From a virus (taxonomy: Duplodnaviria > Caudoviricetes), in the IMG/VR virus record IMGVR_UViG_3300032236_001024, positions 32,001 through 96,000 of that record: a DNA stretch of 64,000 nucleotides; one strand, given 5' to 3'. The first letter of the stretch is position 1. Each line of letters begins with the position of its first letter. Below are positions 56,212 to 64,000 of the stretch, piece by piece. A program made the position numbers and the translations under genes. The notes under the pieces are model-generated. The model was not told where the DNA came from. It saw only the letters and a program-made list of their open reading frames with translations, and ran no database searches.

Positions 56212-59200
56212 TGGCAGTAGCATCTAGATTAGATTCAGTTGGTAATTTCACGGTAGCCAATACAGGTATATTGGATGAAATATCATCATCTGATCCTAAT
56301 CAGTATAGTGTATACTCTACTAGCAGCAATAATAGTTATCTTTCTATATCAAGTGCGTCTGTTCCTGCAACTGGACCATTCACAATTGAAGCATGGATAT
56401 ACACAACAGTTTCAGCTACTCAAACAATATACAGCCAATATCTACAAAGTGGTGATGCTAATAGATGGCATTTTTCTATAGATAATAATACTGGATATAA
56501 ATTATCTTTTTCTCATGGTACAGCAGCAACAGCTTGGGGAAGCACAGTAGTTCCATTAAATCAGTGGAATCACGTTGCAGTAACAAGAGATTCTAGTAAT
56601 AATCTAAGATTTTTCTTAAATGGCGTATTAGATGGAACAACAGCATCGTATACTGCTACTCTCAGTCAGAATGCTCCAAGAATAAGTGGATTTCTTAATA
56701 CTGGTGTTAGCCAGTATAATTTTCAAGGATATATTTCTAATTTTCGTATTGTCAGTGGAACAGCTGTATATACTAATTCATTTATACCATCAAAAGCACC
56801 ATTAACAGCAATACCTAGTACAGTATTACTTACTTGTCAATCATCTACTTTTATTGATAACTCATCATCAGCAAAAACAATAACTAATGCTGGTCTAGTA
56901 ACTACATACCTACCACCACAATCAGATTTCTATGCTGCATCCTTTAATGGTAGTTCTCAATATATTTCTATACCTAATGCAGCTGGTGTAGCAAGTTATG
57001 CTAGTGATTTTACTGTAGAATTTTGGATGTATCCAACAGCTTTAGTATCTGGCACATATGGATTAGCTGGTCAATATAGACTTTCTAATGGTAGGTCTTG
57101 GTTAATAACTGTTGGCTCAAATGGATATATTCAAGTAAGTAATGGCACAACAGCATCAGGTAGTTATGTTGGCGCAGCTGTAGTTGGTGCATGGACGCAT
57201 GTTGCATGGGTTCGAAGTGGATCAATTTGGTATCTTTATATCAATGGTATTCAACAGAGCAGTCCTGCTTCAAATGGAACCCCTGCAGCAAGTACTGAAA
57301 ATATTATTATTGGAGCAAATGGTGATGCTGCAAGTCCTACTTGGTTTTTCCCTGGTTATATTTCAAACTTCCGTATTGTAAAGGGTACAGCATTATATAC
57401 TGGTGCTTTTAAACCAGATATTAATTTTACACCTGTATCTGGTACATCTGTTCTTACATTACAAAATTCTTCATTAGTAGATAACTCAACTAATATATAC
57501 ACAATAACTAACAGCACTAGTGTTACGTCATCGCTTATAAGATCACCAAATTTTCTTACAACTGCATCACAACAATCTTTTGATGGCAATCATAAAGTAG
57601 GTGGTATATATGATGAGGTAACTATTACACCGTCTAATCAATATGCTACTTCTTTTAGTGGTAGTAGTCAATACATATCAGTTCCATCTGGCCCTTTTGT
57701 AATAGGAACAAGTAATTTTACTGCTGAATGTTGGATAAATTCAAACAATTTAGCATCAAATCCAGTATTCATAGATAACTGGGCTCTTGCATCTGGTAAC
57801 TTAACAGGTCAATGGCAATTAACAGCTAATGCTACTACAATAACTTTTTGGTATGGAACTGGAACTAATACTCAATCATCTGTATCTGGTTCATTTGCTT
57901 TTTCTGCAAATACCTGGTATCACGTAGCAGCTGTCAGAGAAGGAACAGGTACAAATCAATTTAAAATATATGTAAATGGTAATGTTGTTGCAACAGGAAC
58001 TATATCAGCAAGTTTAGGTGTTAGTGTTGCTGGTAGTATTGGTAGACAAACATCTAATCAATTTTTTATGGGTGGTTATATTTCTAATGTTCGTGTAGTT
58101 ATAGGAACTGCAGTATACACTCGAAACTTTATACCTCCGGTTGCACCATTAGCTGCTGTACCTGGAACAACTTTGCTTACCTGTCAAAATGCAACCACAG
58201 TTGATAACTCATTTTATGCATACTCACTTACAAATAATAGTACGACAGTTTATAATCCGCCATACCCAACTTTTTATGCTACATCGTTTAGTGGTTCTGG
58301 ACAATACCTTGATACTCCTAGTAGTGCAACGCTAACACTAGGAACTGGTGATTTTACTATTGAATCATGGGTATATTGGAAAGGTGGAGCAAATAGAATA
58401 GTAGGTGGTAGTGGTACTAATGATACTGTTTTCAACGTTGTTATGGACGTTGCAAATGATGGCAGCTTTAATTTTGGTGGATGGACAACAGGTACAAAAT
58501 CTACCCTCAAGATTACACAAAATACATGGAATCATTTTGCTTGGACTAGAGTAGGAACAACAGAAAGATTCTTTGTTAATGGTGTGTTGAGTGATACAGT
58601 GACTCGTAGTTTTAATTTCAGTGCAACTACTTCTGTTGGTATAGGACACATAACAAATACAAATGGTCTTTGGAATGGTTATATCTCAAATCTCCGTATT
58701 GTTAAAGGTTTATCATTATATAACTCTGCTTTTACTCCATCTCAAACAAATCTAACAGCTGTAACAGGAACAGTACTGCTCACATGTCAAAATGCAACGA
58801 TTATCGATAACTCAACTAATGCATTTACTATAACAAATACTGGAACCGTGACCGTTCTTCCTGCTGCTCCATTTACTTCTGTCAGACAGCAATACTCTTC
58901 TGGCGACTATCTTGTTAGTGGAGTATTTGATGAAGTTACAGCTATAAATGAATCTTATAGTGCATCGTTTAATGGTAGTAGTCAGTATCTTTCTTTTACA
59001 GGAACTTCTTCTGTACAACTGTCAGGTAGTCCTTTTACTGTTGAATGTTGGATTAACTTAACTGGATATTCAGCAGGATATGGTCCTTCTTCTAACGTGT
59101 ATGCTGGTGCTCTTTTCTGGAATGATTATGCAGGCGGCGGTAATGGTTTTGAATTAGTACTAGCAGGTACATCATCATCTTGGACAAGTATATATTTTTA

Positions 59201-60242
59201 TTCAAAATCATCTGGCGCCCAAACAAATAATATATTAAAATCTTATGCGTTTTCGTTAAATACTTGGTATCATGTTGCTGTTGTTTCTAATGGTTCTACT
59301 CTTACATTCTATGTAAATGGTACATCAATTGGTTCTGGTGCGATAACAACTTGGACGGATACAACAACATATGCTATTGGTGGCGGTGGTAACTCGCCAT
59401 ATGGTTATTATTTTCCTGGATATATGTCAAATTTTCGAGTTGTAAAAGGTATTGCTGTTTATACTGGTAATTTTAATCCTCCACAATCACATCTAACAGC
59501 TGTTCCTGGAACTTCGCTTCTAACTTGTCAGTCAAGCACATTGGTAGACAATTCAACAAATGCATTTACAATAACTAATAATGGTTCAGTAACAACATAT
59601 AAACCACCATATTCACCATTTTATGCTGCATCGTTTAATGGTAGCAGTCAGTATTTAAGAGTTGCAAGTAATGCTGCCTTTTCTATGGGAACTGGTGATT
59701 TTACTTTTGAATTTTGGATTTATCCAACATCATTTGCTACCGCTTCGTTTCCATTAGACCTAAGAGGTGGCGTAACATTAAATCCAGCTCCATTATTTTA
59801 TATGGACACTACTGGAGCTATGGTTTTGGGCATACCCAATGGTGCAACAACTGCATATCCAGCGTCTGTACCATCGCTCACTTTAAATGCTTGGAATCAT
59901 GTTGCTTGGGTAAGAGCATCCGGATTTACATCTGCGTATTTAAATGGTGTTTATTCCAATGGTAGTGCAGATACTAACACATACGGACAATATGGTGTTA
60001 GTATTGGAGCCACAGGTGGTTCTGCTGTAAATTTATTTCCTGGATATATATCAAATCTTCGTATAGTAAAAGGCGTTGCTGTTTATACTTCAGCATTTAC
60101 ACCTCCCACTAGTCAATTGACAGCAATATCTGGTACATCATTACTTACTTGTCAATCTAGTACGTTAATTGATAATTCAACCAATGGATTTACTATAACA
60201 AATACAGGATCAGTATCAACAGTTCCTCGTGAACCGTTCTAA
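56211..60242 (+). CDS. Putative receptor-binding protein with six LamG/concanavalin-A-like domains
   Basis: Six units of SF.GS.QY...GDFT(I/V)E.W(I/V)Y...W.HVA..R...Y.NG...GYISN.R(I/V)V.G.A.YT..F.P...LLTCQ...DNS. Confidence 0.88.
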   Translation: MAVASRLDSVGNFTVANTGILDEISSSDPNQYSVYSTSSNNSYLSISSASVPATGPFTIEAWIYTTVSATQTIYSQYLQSGDANRWHFSIDNNTGYKLSFSHGTAATAWGSTVVPLNQWNHVAVTRDSSNNLRFFLNGVLDGTTASYTATLSQNAPRISGFLNTGVSQYNFQGYISNFRIVSGTAVYTNSFIPSKAPLTAIPSTVLLTCQSSTFIDNSSSAKTITNAGLVTTYLPPQSDFYAASFNGSSQYISIPNAAGVASYASDFTVEFWMYPTALVSGTYGLAGQYRLSNGRSWLITVGSNGYIQVSNGTTASGSYVGAAVVGAWTHVAWVRSGSIWYLYINGIQQSSPASNGTPAASTENIIIGANGDAASPTWFFPGYISNFRIVKGTALYTGAFKPDINFTPVSGTSVLTLQNSSLVDNSTNIYTITNSTSVTSSLIRSPNFLTTASQQSFDGNHKVGGIYDEVTITPSNQYATSFSGSSQYISVPSGPFVIGTSNFTAECWINSNNLASNPVFIDNWALASGNLTGQWQLTANATTITFWYGTGTNTQSSVSGSFAFSANTWYHVAAVREGTGTNQFKIYVNGNVVATGTISASLGVSVAGSIGRQTSNQFFMGGYISNVRVVIGTAVYTRNFIPPVAPLAAVPGTTLLTCQNATTVDNSFYAYSLTNNSTTVYNPPYPTFYATSFSGSGQYLDTPSSATLTLGTGDFTIESWVYWKGGANRIVGGSGTNDTVFNVVMDVANDGSFNFGGWTTGTKSTLKITQNTWNHFAWTRVGTTERFFVNGVLSDTVTRSFNFSATTSVGIGHITNTNGLWNGYISNLRIVKGLSLYNSAFTPSQTNLTAVTGTVLLTCQNATIIDNSTNAFTITNTGTVTVLPAAPFTSVRQQYSSGDYLVSGVFDEVTAINESYSASFNGSSQYLSFTGTSSVQLSGSPFTVECWINLTGYSAGYGPSSNVYAGALFWNDYAGGGNGFELVLAGTSSSWTSIYFYSKSSGAQTNNILKSYAFSLNTWYHVAVVSNGSTLTFYVNGTSIGSGAITTWTDTTTYAIGGGGNSPYGYYFPGYMSNFRVVKGIAVYTGNFNPPQSHLTAVPGTSLLTCQSSTLVDNSTNAFTITNNGSVTTYKPPYSPFYAASFNGSSQYLRVASNAAFSMGTGDFTFEFWIYPTSFATASFPLDLRGGVTLNPAPLFYMDTTGAMVLGIPNGATTAYPASVPSLTLNAWNHVAWVRASGFTSAYLNGVYSNGSADTNTYGQYGVSIGATGGSAVNLFPGYISNLRIVKGVAVYTSAFTPPTSQLTAISGTSLLTCQSSTLIDNSTNGFTITNTGSVSTVPREPF

Positions 60243-60248
60243 TAAATA
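60241..60248 (+). promoter_or_regulatory. Late-promoter-like AATAAATA
   Basis: NATAAATA variant overlapping the upstream stop, before the ATG at 60272. Confidence 0.45.
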
Positions 60249-60271
60249 GATAAAAGCAAACAGGATTAACA

Positions 60272-60904
60272 ATGGCAAAGCTTCAAGGTGGCACAAGAAT
60301 ATATGGTACAGCTAACGTAGATTCAAATCTCTACGTAACTAGCACAGTCAATGCTGCATCATTTACTATTGGTTCAAACTTTACTGCAAATACTACTAGA
60401 TTGGGAATAGGTGTTCCTATTCTAGCTAACAATGCTATTGGTACAGCTGGACAAGTTTTAACATCAAATTCTACTGGTGGACTATATTGGTATATTGGTC
60501 CAACTGGTTATTCTGGTTCTGTTGGATATGTAGGATCGACAGGATATGTAGGATCGGTTGGTTATTTTGGTTCTGTTGGATATGTAGGATCGACAGGATA
60601 TGTAGGATCAGTAGGTTATGTAGGCTCTGCAAGTACTGTAATAGGATATACTGGTTCTCCTGGTACTGGCGGTGGTGGTTCTGGTAACGGATATACTGGT
60701 TCAGCTGGATATACTGGTTCAGCAGCAGGACCAATTGGATATACTGGTTCTCCTGGTAGCGGTGGTTCTGGTGGTGGTTTCTCCAATGGTCAATCAATTG
60801 CAGTTGCAAATCTAGCGTTTACAAATTCTACATCTAGTAGTACAGGAATAGCGTATATGTTTGTTAACACAGTTTCTTATAGTATTGATACGGTTTTTGT
60901 ATAA
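60272..60904 (+). CDS. Short collagen-like adaptor fibre
   Basis: GYVGS/GYTGS run; C-terminal AYMFVNTVSYSIDTVFV resembles the end of 52939-56211. Confidence 0.75.
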   Translation: MAKLQGGTRIYGTANVDSNLYVTSTVNAASFTIGSNFTANTTRLGIGVPILANNAIGTAGQVLTSNSTGGLYWYIGPTGYSGSVGYVGSTGYVGSVGYFGSVGYVGSTGYVGSVGYVGSASTVIGYTGSPGTGGGGSGNGYTGSAGYTGSAAGPIGYTGSPGSGGSGGGFSNGQSIAVANLAFTNSTSSSTGIAYMFVNTVSYSIDTVFV

Positions 60905-63900
60905 TGGCTAACACAGTAAGTAAAGTAGCAAATACTGGTATAATGTATACCAAAGGTGAAATTGATGAATTGTCAATTAATCCAAATGCTCAAGGTAGTA
61001 TATCATTTAATGGTAGTAGTCAATATTTAAGTTTACCAGCTAGTAGTGCTTTTGCTTTTGGTACTGGCGATTTTACTATTGAGTGTTGGGTTAATCCAAC
61101 AACAGCTCCAATTTCAACACCCGTAGCATCAACAGTTAAAGCAATATATGGTTATAGAAATGGCGCTGATACGCTTCCATATTTATATTGGGCGTTTACA
61201 GGTGGCGTTTCATTTGCTGGAGATATAACGACATATTTAGCTTCTAACGTACAATTAACTTTAAATGTTTGGACGCATATTGCTGTTGTTCGTATAGGCA
61301 CAGCAATGAATATGTATATCAATGGAACTTCTGTTGCTTCTAACTCAAGTGTAACACAAAATTTTAGCGATTCAGCAAATGTTAGATATGTTGGATTTTT
61401 TAATGGTACAAATGGTTATTATTGGCCAGGAAATATTTCAAATTTACGTATTGTCAATGGCGTAGGTGTATACACTGGAGCCTTTACTCCTCCTACACAA
61501 CAATTGCAAAAATTACAACTTGCAGGAACAAACATTGCTGCTCTTACCAATTCTGCAAATACATCGTTATTATTGAATACATTATATAATAATGCATTTA
61601 TTGATTCAAGTGATAATAATTTTACAGTTGCTAATACAGCTTCACCAACATCAACACCACAACAACCATTTAATCCTGATGGTAATTATTCATATAATAC
61701 AAATACATCTAGTACTACATCTGGTGCATATATAACTGCTCCAGCGAATGTAAACTATGCATTTGGTACTGGCGATTTTACTGTTGAAGCTTGGGTTTAT
61801 ATAACAACTGCAGCTGGTTCATCAGCTTTTTTTGGACCTTGGACAGGAACAGCTTCAACTAGTGCATGGGTTTTTACACAAGGCGCTACTGCAACAAATC
61901 TTAGGTTTGGTGTTTCAAATGGATCAGCAACTACGTTTGTTGAAGGTACTGGTGGTTTAACATCAATAAACAAATGGATTCATATTGCAGCAGTAAGAAT
62001 AAGCGGAAACATAGTATTATATTCAGATGGTGTTTCAGTTTATTCTGGAGCATTATCGCAAAATATATCTGTATCTTCACAGGTATTACAAATTAATGGT
62101 ATTAATGGCTTAACATTTTTAACAACTGGATATATTTCCAATGTAAGAGTTGTTAAAGGTGTAGGTGTATACACTGGAACCTTTACTCCACCAACTACAC
62201 CATTAAGAGCAATACAATCAGCTGGAGCAAATATTGCTGCTATCACAGGAAATACAACAGTATTTACAAGTTTGCTTACTTGTCAATCAAAAACTTTAAA
62301 AGATAATGGCGCTAATAACGTTACGTTATCTGTTCCATCAACAATAAAACCAGTTCTATATTCGAATACAATACCATTTTCTAATGTATCTTTTGCAAAT
62401 AGTGGTTTGCCTGTAAGTAAACATTATAGCAACGGGGCATTACAAATAGTTGGTTCATTAGATGAAGTATCATTGAATACAAACATGGCTGGTAGTGTTA
62501 GTTTCAATGGTACAACTCAATATTTGGTTCTGCCATTGAACGAAGCATTTAATATTGGCACTGGTGATTTTACTTTTGATGCTTGGATAATGCCAACAAA
62601 TGCTACTATTCCACAGTGGGCGTGTATTTTTGGTGGTGTTAACTATGGTTCATCTTCAGATTATGTGTTTCAAGCTGGTTCTGGTCCCAACGTTGGTAAT
62701 TATCCGTATGCGAATTTTACTAACTCACAGGCAGATAATATAAATTCTTCTGTTGCATTAGTGCCATTTAAATGGCAGCATATAGCTTTAAGTCGTAAAT
62801 CTGGCGTCACAGCTATGTTTATTGATGGGGTTTTAACTGGAACTTATTATAACCCAAATAATTCTATGAACAATACTTTACAAAAGGGTATTGGTGGTGG
62901 ATATAATGGTAACGTCAATACATTGTTCCCTGGGTATATTTCTAATGTTCGTCTAGTTAAAGGATTAGCAGTTTATTCTGGTATATGGAATTCGCCAACT
63001 ACAGCATTAACAACAACGAGTCAAAATGCTACTGCTGCTCAGGTAAGTTTATTAACAGCTCAGTCAGCAACTATTGTTGATAATTCTACTAATGCATTTA
63101 CCATTACTAACAATAATACAGTTACAAGCGGCAATTCAATAATACCATTTGCTAGCACATATAGTTATCAGTTTAATGGAACTAGTCAATACTTAACTGT
63201 TCCTAATAATGCAGCATTTCAATTTGGTACAGGTGAATTTACCGTAGAATGCTGGGTTTATCCAACAGCAGCTGCTGATGCTGCAATATATTCTAAAAGA
63301 GCAACAAGTTCTATTTATGCTGGCGTCAGTGTACACACCACAGCAGCGGGATTTTTTGCTGTATTTTTAGCAAATGCTGGTGGTACTGCTTGGACAATTA
63401 GTAATACTACAGTTTCAGCTTATTCTATTAATACTTGGTATCATATTGTAGTAACGAAAAAAACTACATTATATGGTTCACATATTTATTTTTATGTTAA
63501 TGGTTCTCTTAAATATAGAGGCACTATGAATACTGGTGCATCAGTTGCAATTTTTGATGATGCTGCTGCAGTAGCAATTGGAGCAGGTTCATCAACAACG
63601 CCATCATTTTATTTTCCAGGTTATATATCAAATCTTCGTGTTGTTAAAGGTACTGCGTTATATCAGAACCAAACTATATTTACTCCGCCATCTAGATCAT
63701 TAGACACAACACAACAAGCAAGTGCAAATATTGCAGCTATTACTAATAAATCTCAAGTTAGTTTGTTATTAGAAACAGCAAAACTTAATTATATTGATAC
63801 AAGCTTGTATAGTCATGCAATAACAAAAGGTGGAACACCTCCTTCATCTGTACAAAGTCCATTTTTAACAAATCCAAGTGGTTATTTTAGTAATTTATTT

Positions 63901-64000
63901 AATGGAACATCACAGTATCTTTCTGTTCCAAACGGTGCTGTGTCTAGTTTAGGAACAGCAACTGATTTCACTTTAGAAGCTTGGATATATCCAACTACAT
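60904..64000 (+). CDS. Second LamG-array receptor-binding protein (3'-truncated; absent from ORF track)
   Basis: ATG overlaps the upstream TAA; reads MANTVSKVANTG..KGEIDELS..FNGSSQYL..GTGDFTIECWV; the same frame gives TDFTLEAWIYPT at the window end; at least four LamG units plus the start of a fifth. Confidence 0.85.
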   Translation, partial: MANTVSKVANTGIMYTKGEIDELSINPNAQGSISFNGSSQYLSLPASSAFAFGTGDFTIECWVNPTTAPISTPVASTVKAIYGYRNGADTLPYLYWAFTGGVSFAGDITTYLASNVQLTLNVWTHIAVVRIGTAMNMYINGTSVASNSSVTQNFSDSANVRYVGFFNGTNGYYWPGNISNLRIVNGVGVYTGAFTPPTQQLQKLQLAGTNIAALTNSANTSLLLNTLYNNAFIDSSDNNFTVANTASPTSTPQQPFNPDGNYSYNTNTSSTTSGAYITAPANVNYAFGTGDFTVEAWVYITTAAGSSAFFGPWTGTASTSAWVFTQGATATNLRFGVSNGSATTFVEGTGGLTSINKWIHIAAVRISGNIVLYSDGVSVYSGALSQNISVSSQVLQINGINGLTFLTTGYISNVRVVKGVGVYTGTFTPPTTPLRAIQSAGANIAAITGNTTVFTSLLTCQSKTLKDNGANNVTLSVPSTIKPVLYSNTIPFSNVSFANSGLPVSKHYSNGALQIVGSLDEVSLNTNMAGSVSFNGTTQYLVLPLNEAFNIGTGDFTFDAWIMPTNATIPQWACIFGGVNYGSSSDYVFQAGSGPNVGNYPYANFTNSQADNINSSVALVPFKWQHIALSRKSGVTAMFIDGVLTGTYYNPNNSMNNTLQKGIGGGYNGNVNTLFPGYISNVRLVKGLAVYSGIWNSPTTALTTTSQNATAAQVSLLTAQSATIVDNSTNAFTITNNNTVTSGNSIIPFASTYSYQFNGTSQYLTVPNNAAFQFGTGEFTVECWVYPTAAADAAIYSKRATSSIYAGVSVHTTAAGFFAVFLANAGGTAWTISNTTVSAYSINTWYHIVVTKKTTLYGSHIYFYVNGSLKYRGTMNTGASVAIFDDAAAVAIGAGSSTTPSFYFPGYISNLRVVKGTALYQNQTIFTPPSRSLDTTQQASANIAAITNKSQVSLLLETAKLNYIDTSLYSHAITKGGTPPSSVQSPFLTNPSGYFSNLFNGTSQYLSVPNGAVSSLGTATDFTLEAWIYPTT

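Noticed and set aside
52939-64000. Diversity-generating retroelement suggested by Mtd_N
   Set aside because: No reverse transcriptase, avd or non-coding template repeat with A-specific mismatches seen in the window; Mtd_N alone is only an anchor module
1-64000. Stop-codon recoding (alternative genetic code) as in some large phages
   Set aside because: Standard-code ORFs tile the window almost without gaps and conserved genes appear full length

Overview
AT-rich, almost fully coding segment of a large T4-like (Tevenvirinae/Kyanoviridae-style, possibly jumbo) myophage genome covering the late structural region. 1-18.3 kb is a recognisable baseplate module: gp53, gp27-like hub, a gp5 split into an OB-fold+lysozyme gene and a beta-helix+peptidase-M15 gene with a degenerate amidase between them, an unknown 503-aa gene, gp25, gp6, gp7, gp8 and a split DUF4815-type wedge protein. 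18.3-23.5 kb has an S74-chaperoned fibre, an unknown 864-aa protein and an adaptor. A single minus-strand gene (23551-26391) encodes three fused glycosyltransferase domains and shares face-to-face late-promoter motifs (CATAAATA) with the next gene. 26.5-64 kb is a ~37 kb array of fibre/adhesin genes built from Pro-poor, Tyr/Ser/Thr-rich Gly-X-Y repeats (GYTGSx) interrupted by shared globular modules, each paired with a putative head gene (degenerate SGNH, tandem tail-collar/HxH, LamG arrays). The last ORF (60904->end) is missing from the ORF track. I saw no rRNA, tRNA, CRISPR, integrase or reverse transcriptase. All family assignments come from recalled motifs, not database searches. Best candidates for an undescribed system: a late-expressed tri-glycosyltransferase acting on the Ser/Thr-rich fibres, and a modular stalk+head fibre-building kit.
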